DNA of 64,000 nt, taken from Ilumatobacteraceae bacterium. Its GTDB lineage: Bacteria > Actinomycetota > Acidimicrobiia > Acidimicrobiales > Ilumatobacteraceae. How positions within the stretch are numbered: position 1 is the stretch's first letter; each line of letters starts with the position of its first letter. The notes beneath the pieces are model-generated. The model made no database searches and was not told the DNA's origin. It worked only from the letters and a program-made list of their open reading frames with translations. The stretch is from assembly GCA_963746285.1 (NCBI GenBank), contig CAVVAO010000020.1, forward strand, positions 9,476 to 73,475. The letters are read 5' to 3'. Both the position numbers and the translations under genes were made by a program. Below, in pieces: positions 10,272 through 19,411 of this stretch.

Positions 10272-10761
10272 GGTACTGCACGACGACGACGGGGCGGTGG
10301 GCTTGCGCTACGAGCGCCATCTGTCGCATCCCGTCGAGCGCGTGTGGCGAGCGCTGACCGACTCCGACCAGTTGCGCCACTGGCTCCCCGTCGACCTCGT
10401 CGGCGAACGAGTTGCGAACGGCGACCTTCACGCCACCTTCTGGCCCGACGTGGTGGCGAAGTACGAGATCGCCGACCCGACGATGCCCGCGAAGATCCTG
10501 ACGTGGGACCCGCCGCACACGTTCGCGTGGATGTGGGATCGCGACACGCTGATCTTCGAGCTCGAGCCGACAGCCTCGGGCACGCGACTGGTGTTCACCA
10601 CCTGGATCGTCGACACCACGGCAGGAGTCGACAAGACCGCAGCCGGCTACCACGTCTGCCTCGACCAGTTGGTGCAGCTGATCGAGACGGGCGACCCACC
10701 ACCGTTCATCGATGCCGACCCAACCCAACTCGAACTGCGCTACGCCACTCTGCTCCCCTAG
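10246..10761 (+). CDS. SRPBCC / Aha1-like (AHSA1) domain protein
   Basis: The ATG at 10246 is in frame with ORF 10057..10761 (..RHLSHPVERVWRALTDSDQLRHWLP..). This is the classical partner gene downstream of ArsR regulators. Confidence 0.8.
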   Translation: MTATHPLGEVLHDDDGAVGLRYERHLSHPVERVWRALTDSDQLRHWLPVDLVGERVANGDLHATFWPDVVAKYEIADPTMPAKILTWDPPHTFAWMWDRDTLIFELEPTASGTRLVFTTWIVDTTAGVDKTAAGYHVCLDQLVQLIETGDPPPFIDADPTQLELRYATLLP

Positions 10762-10871
10762 CCACATTCCCCTCGTCGAGCAGCCATGATCCCTCGACGG
10801 GTGTTGACGCATCGGCGAGAAGCGGCATCGGTCGTGTTCCGATCTGGGTCGTGCTTCGCGAGACTGCCGAG

Positions 10872-11438
10872 ATGCACCCCGTCGAGCGACTGAAATGTTT
10901 CCTCGAGCCGGCACGGCTGGCGGTGGCCGGGGCGCTCGCCTCGGGCGAGGTCGAGCGCACGACCGTCGACCAGCTGGTGACACGCACCGGCTTGGACCGA
11001 CGCAGCGTGCTGGAGGCACTGGGAGCGCTGCGTGCCGTGGGTCTGGTCGACGACTCGACCGACGGGTTCCAGCTCGATGTGGCCGCGCTTCGCGAGATCG
11101 CGCGGGAGCTCGCGGAGGTGGAGCTGCCCATGGATCCCTTCATCGGAGTCGGGATGACGGACGAGGAACGCAAGGTGCTGTCGCGGTTCTTCCACGGCCG
11201 GACACTGAACGAGATCCCCAGCAATCGCGCCAAGCGAGTGATCGTGCTCGAGCGTCTGGCGCTCGAGTTCGACGTCGGAACGCGCTACCCGGAGTCGGAG
11301 GTCAACGCGATCCTCGGGCGATTCCATCCCGACTGGTCGTCGCTCCGTCGCCACCTCGTCGACGAGGGCATCTTGGATCGTGAGCGCAACGAGTACTGGC
11401 GGGCGGGCGGCAAGGTCGTCGACGTCCCGGTGCGTTGA
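10872..11438 (+). CDS. DUF2087 domain-containing protein (putative HTH N-terminus)
   Basis: The ATG at 10872 is in frame with ORF 10344..11438. The C-terminus FFHGRTLNEIPSNRAKRVIVLERLALEFDVGTRYPESEVNAIL..LRRHLVDEGILDRE..YWR matches my recollection of DUF2087. Confidence 0.7.
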   Translation: MHPVERLKCFLEPARLAVAGALASGEVERTTVDQLVTRTGLDRRSVLEALGALRAVGLVDDSTDGFQLDVAALREIARELAEVELPMDPFIGVGMTDEERKVLSRFFHGRTLNEIPSNRAKRVIVLERLALEFDVGTRYPESEVNAILGRFHPDWSSLRRHLVDEGILDRERNEYWRAGGKVVDVPVR

Positions 11439-11597
11439 CGTCACCTGCGGACACGATGCTCCTCATCGTCGACACCGATGGCGTGGCCGACATCGTTCCC
11501 GACGGTCCATCAGGCTATGCCCGACCTCGGGTCGGTCCCGCGTCCGAGGCGCTGCGACGGTCCTGGCCTACGGGGACAGTCGGTGGTGTAGAGCAGA

Positions 11598-11972
11598 ATG
11601 TTCCCCGTGCGCGTCGTCCGGCTCGATCATGTCCAGTTGGCGATGCCTGCGGGTCGCGAGGCTGAAGCGGTCGCCTTCTACGAAGGGATCCTCGGTCTCA
11701 CCCAGGTTGCGAAGCCCGATCATCTCGCAACGCGCGGCGGCTGCTGGTTCGAGGACGGGGATCTGAAGGTTCACCTCGGTGTCGATTCTGAGTTTCGCCC
11801 AGCGACGAAGGCGCACCCTGCCTTCATCGTCGACGATGTGCGCGGGCTGGCTCGTGCGGCCATCGCAGCTGGGTTCGCCGTCAACGACGACGAGCCACTC
11901 GACGGGTACGACCGCGTCTACGTCACCGATCCCTTCGGCAACCGCGTTGAACTCATGCAACCAGATGCGTAG
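11598..11972 (+). CDS. VOC/glyoxalase family protein
   Basis: 124 aa with ..LDHVQLAMPAGREAEAVAFYEGILGL.. and ..VTDPFGNRVELMQ. Confidence 0.85.
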   Translation: MFPVRVVRLDHVQLAMPAGREAEAVAFYEGILGLTQVAKPDHLATRGGCWFEDGDLKVHLGVDSEFRPATKAHPAFIVDDVRGLARAAIAAGFAVNDDEPLDGYDRVYVTDPFGNRVELMQPDA

Positions 11973-11998
11973 CTGGCGATCGGGGCAAGAATGTCGGA

Positions 11999-12730
11999 AT
12001 GTCGATGTATTCCGGTACCGATGACTTCGAGGGTGCGACGTTCGTGCGAACGAGCTTCAAAGGCGCCACCTTGAGGTCGTGTGATGTCAGCGGTGTGACG
12101 ATGCGCAGCGCCGAGGTGGGTGGGCTCGACATCGACAGCCACGACCTGTTCTTCGGCACCCTCATCGTCAACGGCGTTGACGTCGTGCCGTTGGTGGAGG
12201 CCGAGCTCAACCGGCAGTTCCCCGGCCGTGAGCTGCAGAACGCGAAGACACCCAAGGGCTTACGCGACGGTTGGGTGGCGGTGCAGGCGGCGTGGGACAC
12301 GACGGTGACGAACACGCCGCCGGAACTGGTGGATGCTCACGTCGACGACGAGTGGTCCCTGGCCCAGACCTTGCGTCACCTCGTGCTCGCGACCGACGCC
12401 TGGCTGCGCGGCGGGATCATGGGGATGGAGCAGCCGTTCCACGAGATCGGCCAGATCTTCACTGGTGCGGCCGAGATGGGCTTCGACATCTCGATCTTCC
12501 GGACGGAGGCTCCGGCTTTCGAGGAGATCTTGGCCGTGCGATCCGAACGGCAGCAGCTGGTGACCGATTTCCTGGCCGCTGCCACGCCGGAGCTGCTGGC
12601 CGAGGAGCGCGACAACCCGTGGGGTGGTGGGGACTGGCACCCGAGCGTCGGTGACTGCGTGCGCGTGATCCTGGAGGAGGAGTGGGCGCACCTGCGCTAC
12701 ATCCGGCGCGACCTCGCCCTGCTGGCGTGA
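11999..12730 (+). CDS. Pentapeptide-repeat segment fused to a DinB-family domain
   Basis: The N-terminus has about 7 pentapeptide units (ATFVR TSFKG ATLRS CDVSG VTMRS..). The C-terminus is DinB-like (..WSLAQTLRHLVLATDAWL.., EEEWAHLRYIRRDL). Confidence 0.75.
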   Translation: MSMYSGTDDFEGATFVRTSFKGATLRSCDVSGVTMRSAEVGGLDIDSHDLFFGTLIVNGVDVVPLVEAELNRQFPGRELQNAKTPKGLRDGWVAVQAAWDTTVTNTPPELVDAHVDDEWSLAQTLRHLVLATDAWLRGGIMGMEQPFHEIGQIFTGAAEMGFDISIFRTEAPAFEEILAVRSERQQLVTDFLAAATPELLAEERDNPWGGGDWHPSVGDCVRVILEEEWAHLRYIRRDLALLA

Positions 12731-12900
12731 ACGGAACGGACGGACACGTCGGGCCGTGGCCACCGGCCGGACACGACTCTCGACGCGGTCTCAGCCAGCG
12801 TTCGCTGACAGAGAGACGGGCAGCTGGGACCGGAGAGCTGTGTCGATCGCCGGCGGCTCCGCCGCGTCAACTCAGGGGGCCGTCGATCGGGTCGGGACGT

Positions 12901-13642
12901 ATGGTGCGATCGATGCCGGACCGGATCTTCGCCGAGCCGCGACTTGCAGCGATCTACGACGAGATCGACGGTGACCGGAACGACCTCGACCACTACGAAG
13001 CAATCCTCGACGAGATCGACGCGGCGCAGCGTCCTCGACATCGGTTGTGGCACCGGCGTGCTCGCCTGTCGGCTCTCGGCGCGAGGGATCACGGTCGTCG
13101 GTGTGGACCCGGCACAGGCGTCGCTCGAGGTCGCTCGCCACAAGCCGGGTGCTGAACTCGTCACCTGGCTGTTGGGCGATGCGAGCACGCTGCCGTCGCT
13201 GAGTGTGGACGCGGTCACGATGACGGGCAACGTCGCTCAGGTCTTCGTGCACGACGAGAAGTGGTCGACCGTGTTGAACGCCGCACATTCGGCGCTTCGA
13301 GAGGGTGGCCACCTGGTGTTCGAGACAAGGGATCCCTCCCACCGTGCTTGGGAGGAGTGGATCCGCGAACGGTCGTTGTCGGTGACCGACACTGTCGCCG
13401 GCCGCGTCGAACACTGGGTCGAGCTCACCGACGTTGCGTTGCCGCTCGTGTCGTTCCGTCACTGCTACCGATTCATCGAGACCGGTGACCTCCTGACGTC
13501 AGACTCGACATTGAGATTCCGGGATCGAGATGAGATCACCGCGACGCTCGGTGCCCACGGCTTCATGATCGAGGACGTACGCGACGCTCCCGACCGGCCC
13601 GGCCGCGAGTTCGTCTTCCTCGCGCGCTCGACGTTCTCGTGA
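12901..13642 (+). pseudogene. Class I SAM-dependent methyltransferase, one apparent frameshift near 13028
   Basis: The N-terminus MVRSMPDRIFAEPRLAAIYDEIDGDRNDLDHYEAILDEIDAA lies in the frame of ORF 12682..13155. The SAM motif VLDIGCGTGVLA and the rest lie in ORF 12944..13642. Confidence 0.8.
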
Positions 13643-13672
13643 ACGACGTGCGTTGCAGGAGCGCACGTTGTT
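13642..13672. terminator. Hairpin aacgacgtgcg-n9-cgcacgttgtt after the methyltransferase stop, between convergent genes
   Basis: 10 of 11 arm positions are complementary, read directly. Confidence 0.35.
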
Positions 13673-13747
13673 CACGAGTTCGGCGGCGGTTGTCGACCGA
13701 CCCGGAAGTGCTAGTTCGTGGCACGTCGATCGTGGCGGGTTGCCGCG

Positions 13748-15259
13748 CTAATCGTCCGTCGGGACGCAGAGTTCGATGACGGTGCCGTGTTGGCGGTTGT
13801 AGCCGTCGCCGAGGCCCGCACCGGCGAGATCGTCGCTCGATGCCGGGCGGATGTCGATGGTGCCGTTGAGCTCGGTGGTGACCAGCGTGCGCACGATCGA
13901 GAGCCCGAGGCCCTTCGCGTGATCGATGTCGAAGGCCGGATCGACGCCTCGGCCGTTGTCGACCACCCGGATCGTGAGATTGCGGTCGACCTGCGACAGG
14001 CCCACCTGGACGTCGCCGCCGCCGCTGCCTTCGGGGAACCCGTGATCGACGGCGTTCTGCAGCAGCTCGGTGAGCACGACCGACAGCGGCGTCGCGGTGT
14101 ACGCCGGGATCCGCCCACCGTCGCCGCTCACCGTGAACCTCACCGGACGGTCGGGCGACTGCAGGCCCTCTTCGGCCAGGCGCAGCAACGGCCGGACGAT
14201 CTCGATGAACGCAACGTCCTCACCAGGCTCACGCGACAGCGACTCGTGCACGAGAGCGATCGTGCGGATCCGCCGCACGGACTCCTCGACGGCCGCTTTG
14301 GCCTCGGGGTTCGTCAGGCGACGGGACTGCAGCCGTAGGAGCGACGAGATCGTCTGCAGGTTGTTCTTCACCCGGTGGTGGATCTCGCGGATCGTCGCAT
14401 CCTTGCTCAGCAGCAGCCGGTCGCGTTTGCGCAGCTCGGTCACGTCGCGTACCAGCAGCAGACCTCCCGCGATCTCACGGCCCGCTCCCGAGGACGTCAC
14501 GATCGGCACACACCGACACAGCAACGTGACGTCGGTGCCCTGCTCGAACTCCTCGACGACGGGCTCGAACCGTTCGAAGGCTTGGCGGACCGGGCCGTCG
14601 TGGAAGCCGAGTTCGGCGAGTCGCATCCCGACGGGGTTCGCCTGGATCCCCACCCGGTGCAGCGCGGAGTTGGCGTTCGGGGAAACGTACGTGACCGTGC
14701 CGCTCGAGTCGAGGGTGAGCACGCCATCGCCCACGCGCGGGGCTGCGCTCGAGTCGGCGACGCGCCCGGCGAACGGGAACGAACCCGCCTCGATCATCTG
14801 GACGAACTCTTCGAAGATGTAGGAGTAGTTCCGTTCGAGCTCGCCCAGCGGGCGGCCTGCACGGACCTTCCACTCCTTCGACAGCACCGCGATGATCCGG
14901 CCGCCGTGGCGAATCGGGATCGCGAGCATGCGGGCATGGTTGATCTCCTCGCCGCCACCGTCGACCTCGATCGCGCCCTCGACGCGCTGGCCGCTCTCGA
15001 AGGCCAGTTCGATCAGCTCGGCCTCGTCGCCGTCGGCCCAGGTTCCGATGTAGTCGGTGACGTACATCGTCTGGTTGGTCGCCGGACGAACCTGGTCGAC
15101 GATCAACCACTTGCCGGCCTCGGACCGCACGTAGAGCAGCAGGTCGGCGAAACACAGATCGGCGAGGAACGCCCACTCGGCAGCGAGCCGGTGGAGATGG
15201 TCGATGTCGTCACGGTCGAGCGCTGAGTGCTCGCGGGCCAGTTCGGCGAGAGAGGTCAT
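13748..15259 (-). CDS. pdtaS: Soluble GAF-PAS sensor histidine kinase, PdtaS-like
   Basis: 504 aa from the ATG at 15259. HisKA_2-type H-box (REIHHRVKNNLQTISSLLRLQ) and HATPase N/G boxes (ELLQNAVDHGF, DNGRGV, GLGLSIV). No TM segment. The domain order matches my recollection of mycobacterial PdtaS. Confidence 0.85.
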   Translation of the reverse strand: MTSLAELAREHSALDRDDIDHLHRLAAEWAFLADLCFADLLLYVRSEAGKWLIVDQVRPATNQTMYVTDYIGTWADGDEAELIELAFESGQRVEGAIEVDGGGEEINHARMLAIPIRHGGRIIAVLSKEWKVRAGRPLGELERNYSYIFEEFVQMIEAGSFPFAGRVADSSAAPRVGDGVLTLDSSGTVTYVSPNANSALHRVGIQANPVGMRLAELGFHDGPVRQAFERFEPVVEEFEQGTDVTLLCRCVPIVTSSGAGREIAGGLLLVRDVTELRKRDRLLLSKDATIREIHHRVKNNLQTISSLLRLQSRRLTNPEAKAAVEESVRRIRTIALVHESLSREPGEDVAFIEIVRPLLRLAEEGLQSPDRPVRFTVSGDGGRIPAYTATPLSVVLTELLQNAVDHGFPEGSGGGDVQVGLSQVDRNLTIRVVDNGRGVDPAFDIDHAKGLGLSIVRTLVTTELNGTIDIRPASSDDLAGAGLGDGYNRQHGTVIELCVPTDD

Positions 15260-15281
15260 CACCGTTGATTCTGCCCGAAGT

Positions 15282-16436
15282 TCACGCGTCGCGCAGGTGA
15301 CCGGCCAGACGTCCGAGGCCGGCGAGGTCGTGGATGTCACCGTCGAGCCACGGAACCGACACCATCGTCGGTGCCATCGCTGCCAGCTCCGCCCGCCGGT
15401 CGGACTCCCGCGCCGCGACCAGGGCGACATCGTCGAATCGCATGGCGACCTGCGACAGCACCGACCGCACCTGAGCGACGGGCGCGTCGAGTTCGTCGGC
15501 AACGGCATCGGCGAGCGGCCCCGACGCCTGCTCGAGCAGGGCGGCGGCGCTGTCGGCCGCTTCGCTGCCGGCCAACTCCTCGGGGAGCACCCGGTTGGCC
15601 ACGATCGCCCCGAGGCACATCTCGCGCTCGACGAGCGACCGGGCCAGGAACCGCGCTTCATGGCTCGGCGCCGTCTCGAGGGTGGTCACGACGACGAACG
15701 CGGTGCGCGGGTCGACGAGCAGCGCCTCGACCTCGCGGGCGCGGCGGACGAACCCGCTCTCCATCGCCTGGAACAACACGAAGAAGTCGGCGATGTCCTG
15801 CAGGAACCGTGAGCCCAGGATGCGATCGGCCACCTGATAGAAGGGCTTGGAGGCCACGGTGAAGAGCCGTGACCGGTACGGCACGGTCAGCCAGCGAAGC
15901 AGGCGGCTGCCGAAGAACTCGACCATCCGACCCGGCGCGTCGAGGATCGACAGCGCATTTCGCGACGGTGGCGTGTCGACGATCACGAGGTCGAAGTCGC
16001 CGCGGGCATGCAGGTCATGGAGCTGCTCCATCGCCAGGTACTCGTGGCTGTGCACGAAGCGACTGGTGATGTTCTCGTACAGCGGGTTGGCGAGCACCGC
16101 GTCGCGGGTCTTGGCGTCGGGCGCGTGGCGAATGATCAGTTCGTCCCAGCCGGCCTTGGTGTCGAGCATCGCCACCCACACCTCGCCGCGCACCTTGACG
16201 CCCGCGTCGGCGAATGCCGCCGGATCGATGCGCACCGGGGTGTTGCCGAACTCGTCGAGTCCGAGCGCGCTCGCGAGGCGGCGAGCGGGATCGACGGTCA
16301 ACACGAGCACCCGGCCCTTCTGGCGCGTCGCTGCGGCGATGCCGAGTGCAGCGGCGATCGTGGTCTTGCCGACCCCGCCGGAGCCGGCGACCAGGATCAT
16401 CTCGCGACTGGCCAGGAGGTTGTCGAGATCGCTCAC
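15282..16436 (-). CDS. ArsA/Get3-family ATPase (first of a pair)
   Basis: Deviant Walker A VAGSGGVGKTTIAAA, with ..LVLTVDPARRL.. and DLVIVDTPPS. The GTG start overlaps the stop of the upstream paralogue (GTGA). Confidence 0.9.
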   Translation of the reverse strand: MSDLDNLLASREMILVAGSGGVGKTTIAAALGIAAATRQKGRVLVLTVDPARRLASALGLDEFGNTPVRIDPAAFADAGVKVRGEVWVAMLDTKAGWDELIIRHAPDAKTRDAVLANPLYENITSRFVHSHEYLAMEQLHDLHARGDFDLVIVDTPPSRNALSILDAPGRMVEFFGSRLLRWLTVPYRSRLFTVASKPFYQVADRILGSRFLQDIADFFVLFQAMESGFVRRAREVEALLVDPRTAFVVVTTLETAPSHEARFLARSLVEREMCLGAIVANRVLPEELAGSEAADSAAALLEQASGPLADAVADELDAPVAQVRSVLSQVAMRFDDVALVAARESDRRAELAAMAPTMVSVPWLDGDIHDLAGLGRLAGHLRDA

Positions 16437-17443
16437 GGCGTGCCCCGCCCGTTCGTGCCCCGCTGCGTTGCTCGGCCCGTCGTATGCACCGGGTCGGGAT
16501 CGAGTTCATCGGTCAGCGCGTCGGCGACGAGCGAGACCACACGCGGTCCCGATGCTCGCGCGAACAGTTCGGGCACCGTGACGATCGGCAGGTCGTGTTC
16601 GATCGCGTCCGTGTCCTCGATCCAGTTGCGCAGCCGGTCGAGGTGCGTCGCCCCGGTCGAACGCCGCGACTCGGTGAGACGCGCCGCATCGACGACCGTC
16701 TGCGCTCCGGGGCCTACCGCATCGACGAGGAGTGGCATCGCCTCGTCGAGTCGATCGACGATGGCCTGCTCGCGCCGATTGAACATGGCGGGCAGCACCC
16801 GGTTGGCAATGACCGCGACGGCATGGGCGCCCGTCTCGGCGCGCAGTCGTCCGAGGAGTTCGATCGTCTCGGTGACCGGCATCTCCTCGGGTGTGGTCAC
16901 GACGGCAACGCCCGTGCGAGCGGGATCGTCGAGGATGTCGAGCATCCACTGGGTCTGGTCACGCACGAGGCCGACCTGCACGAGATCGGCGATCACGCGG
17001 GGTGCACCGATCTGGCTGACGATGTGCCCGCTCGCCTCGGCGTCGACGACGACCAGGTCGTAGTTCCGCTCGCGGACCTCCCAGCAGAGCTTTCCGACTC
17101 CGAGGATCTCCTTGACGCCCGGGGCAGCATCGGCGACGAAGTCGAAGGTCGACGCCAGCGGTCCGATCCGACCCAACAGTGGGATCCGGACGAAGAGCCG
17201 CAGGTACTCGCGCAACGAGTCCTCGGTGTTCATCGCCATGGCGAACAGGTTCGGTGCCACCTCGGTCGGCTCGAACTCGAGAGGGCCGACGTCGAACGCG
17301 TTGGCGAGCGCGCCCTTCGCGTCCATCTCGCACACCAGGGTGCGGCGGCCGTGCCGTGCGGCGACATCGGCGATCGCGGCCGCGACGGTGGTCTTGCCGA
17401 CCCCACCCTTGCCGGTGACCCAGAGCAGGTCGAGGTCGAGCAA
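16433..17443 (-). CDS. ArsA/Get3-family ATPase (second of the pair); start uncertain
   Basis: Walker A VTGKGGVGKTTVAAA and DLVVVDAEASGH. The annotated ORF 5' end overlaps DUF3107, so a TTG/CTG start near 17443-17467 is more likely. Confidence 0.85.
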   Translation of the reverse strand: MLDLDLLWVTGKGGVGKTTVAAAIADVAARHGRRTLVCEMDAKGALANAFDVGPLEFEPTEVAPNLFAMAMNTEDSLREYLRLFVRIPLLGRIGPLASTFDFVADAAPGVKEILGVGKLCWEVRERNYDLVVVDAEASGHIVSQIGAPRVIADLVQVGLVRDQTQWMLDILDDPARTGVAVVTTPEEMPVTETIELLGRLRAETGAHAVAVIANRVLPAMFNRREQAIVDRLDEAMPLLVDAVGPGAQTVVDAARLTESRRSTGATHLDRLRNWIEDTDAIEHDLPIVTVPELFARASGPRVVSLVADALTDELDPDPVHTTGRATQRGTNGRGTP

Positions 17444-17469
17444 CCCCGGCCGTCCCGCCGGGCCCAGGT

Positions 17470-17703
17470 TCAGCCTCCGAAGCCGATACGGCGATCGCCG
17501 TCGGCCGAGCCGAGCTCGATGTAGGCGATCTTCGCCGACGGGATCGCGACGTCCTTGCCACGCTTGTCGGTGATCCACAGCACGTCACTCGCACCGGCCA
17601 GCGCCGCCTCGACACGCGACTTGAGATCGTCGCGGTCAGCGTCTTCGGCGAGCTCGATGTTGAGCTCGCGGGGGGCCTGGGTCACTCCGATGCGTACGTC
17701 CAC
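17470..17703 (-). CDS. DUF3107 domain-containing protein
   Basis: 77 aa, MDVRIGVTQAPRELNIEL...IAYIELG.., matching my recollection of the conserved actinobacterial DUF3107 family. Confidence 0.8.
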   Translation of the reverse strand: MDVRIGVTQAPRELNIELAEDADRDDLKSRVEAALAGASDVLWITDKRGKDVAIPSAKIAYIELGSADGDRRIGFGG

Positions 17704-17747
17704 GAACCCACGCTACCTGCGGCCCGGCGCGCCACTACGGTGACGGC

Positions 17748-18389
17748 GTGACCAGCATCGCGATTCCCCTCTTTCCCCGCTTCACGGCGCTCGACGGGAT
17801 CGGCCCGTACGAGGTGCTGCAGCGCATCCCGGACTTCGACGTGACGTTCATCGGTCACGAGCGCGGCGTCGTGCGATCGGACAACGGGATGCTCGGCATC
17901 GAGGTCGACGCCACCTTCGAGGAGATGGCCACGCCCGACGTCGTGGTCTTCCCGGGCGGATTCGGAACCCGCGCACTGATGACCGACGGGCGGGTGCTCG
18001 ACTGGGTGCGCACGGCCCATGCGTCGACCGCGTACACCACCTCGGTGTGCACGGGTTCGCTCGTGCTCGCCGCCGCCGGGCTGCTCGAGGGCCTGACCGC
18101 CACCACGCACTGGGGTGCCCTCGATGTCCTGAGCGAGCACGGAGCGATCCCGACCAGCGAGCGCGTCGTCGAGCACCTCGACCAGCGGATCATCACCGCG
18201 GCCGGCGTCTCGAGCGGGATCGACATGGCGCTTCGCCTCGTCGAACTGCTCGTCGATCGCACCGCTGCCGAGGCCGCTCAGCTGATGATCGAGTACGACC
18301 CGCAGCCGCCATTCGACTCGGGTTCGACCGCCAAGGCCGGCGCCGAGGTGGTCGAGCGGGTCATCGAGTACGCACAAGCCCGCCACTGA
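17748..18389 (+). CDS. DJ-1/PfpI family protein
   Basis: 213 aa with a nucleophile-elbow Cys (SVCTGSLVLAAAGLL) and ..VVFPGG... Confidence 0.9.
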   Translation: MTSIAIPLFPRFTALDGIGPYEVLQRIPDFDVTFIGHERGVVRSDNGMLGIEVDATFEEMATPDVVVFPGGFGTRALMTDGRVLDWVRTAHASTAYTTSVCTGSLVLAAAGLLEGLTATTHWGALDVLSEHGAIPTSERVVEHLDQRIITAAGVSSGIDMALRLVELLVDRTAAEAAQLMIEYDPQPPFDSGSTAKAGAEVVERVIEYAQARH

Positions 18390-18403
18390 CCCGCCCACCG
18401 CGA

Positions 18404-18441
18404 TCACGTACACGATGTGCCTGGCACATCGTGTACGTCAG
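18404..18441. repeat. Palindromic repeat family 1, copy a (tcACGTACACGATGTGCC-t-GGCACATCGTGTACGTcag)
   Basis: 16-bp perfect arms, with a 38-nt identical copy at 24378-24415. It starts at the stop codon (18438-18440) of the minus-strand SDR gene. Confidence 0.85.
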
Positions 18442-19310
18442 TCGGCGAGCGGGGCGAGCGCGGCCGCGAGGTCGTCGACGGTCCACTTGGCGGGCTGCTC
18501 GATGGTCTCGCCCATCTCCCACGAACGCACCCGCTTGACCACGCCACCCTGCGCGAAGAACGTCTCGCCGGTGAACTGACATGCCGTGCTGCTCAGGTAC
18601 GCGACCAACGGCGAGATGTTGGCGGGATCCCACTCGTCGAACACGCCGTCCTTGGGGGTCATGATCTCCTCGAGACCGGGTGTGGCGAGCGTGAGGCGGG
18701 TCCGAGCACCGGGGGCGACGCAGTTGCTCTGCACGTCGTAGCGGGCGAGTTCCTTCGCCGCGATCTGGCTGAACGTGGCAATGCCCGACTTCGCCGCGCC
18801 GTAGTTCGCCTGGCCGGGATTGGAGAACAAACCCGACGTGCTCGAGGTGTGCACGAGATTGCGACGCTTGCCGCGTCCGGCCTTGTGCTCCTCGCGCCAG
18901 TACGCCGCCGCCCACCGCGTCGGCGCGAAGTGACCCTTCAGGTGCACGGCGATCACCGCGTCCCACTCGGCCTCCGTCATGTTCACGATGACGCGATCGC
19001 GCAGGATGCCGGCGTTGTTGACGACGATGTCGAGGTCGCCGAACTCGGCGATCGCGGCGTTGACGAGCCGCTGGGCACCTTCCCAGCTCGCGACGTCGTC
19101 GGCGTTGGCAATCGCATGACCGCCGAGCGCGCGGATCTCGGCGGCGACCTCCTCGGCAGGTGTCTGGTCGCTGCCTTCGCCGTCATTGGCCCCGCCGAGG
19201 TCGTTGATGACGACCTTGGCACCCTCGTCGGCGAACAGCAGCGCGTGCTCCCGGCCGATCCCGCGTCCGGCACCCGTGATGATCGCGACTCGTCCATCGA
19301 GTGAGGTCAT
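18438..19310 (-). CDS. SDR family oxidoreductase
   Basis: TGxxxGIG motif (IITGAGRGIGRE), NNAG, and YxxxK (YGAAKSG). Confidence 0.9.
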   Translation of the reverse strand: MTSLDGRVAIITGAGRGIGREHALLFADEGAKVVINDLGGANDGEGSDQTPAEEVAAEIRALGGHAIANADDVASWEGAQRLVNAAIAEFGDLDIVVNNAGILRDRVIVNMTEAEWDAVIAVHLKGHFAPTRWAAAYWREEHKAGRGKRRNLVHTSSTSGLFSNPGQANYGAAKSGIATFSQIAAKELARYDVQSNCVAPGARTRLTLATPGLEEIMTPKDGVFDEWDPANISPLVAYLSSTACQFTGETFFAQGGVVKRVRSWEMGETIEQPAKWTVDDLAAALAPLAD

Positions 19311-19349
19311 GGTGGCTCCTTGTCGGCCGGTGACCAGCGGTCGCTGCCC

Positions 19350-19365
19350 ACGGTTCCGGAACCGT
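19350..19365. promoter_or_regulatory. Perfect 16-bp palindrome ACGGTTCCGGAACCGT between the kinase-like gene stop and the SDR start
   Basis: Read directly. It lies about 40 nt upstream of the SDR start and about 47 nt downstream of the stop at 19412, so operator and terminator cannot be distinguished. Confidence 0.3.
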
Positions 19366-19411
19366 AGCGATCCGACCTCGACCGCGTCGATTCCCGAACG
19401 GCGACGAGCGG

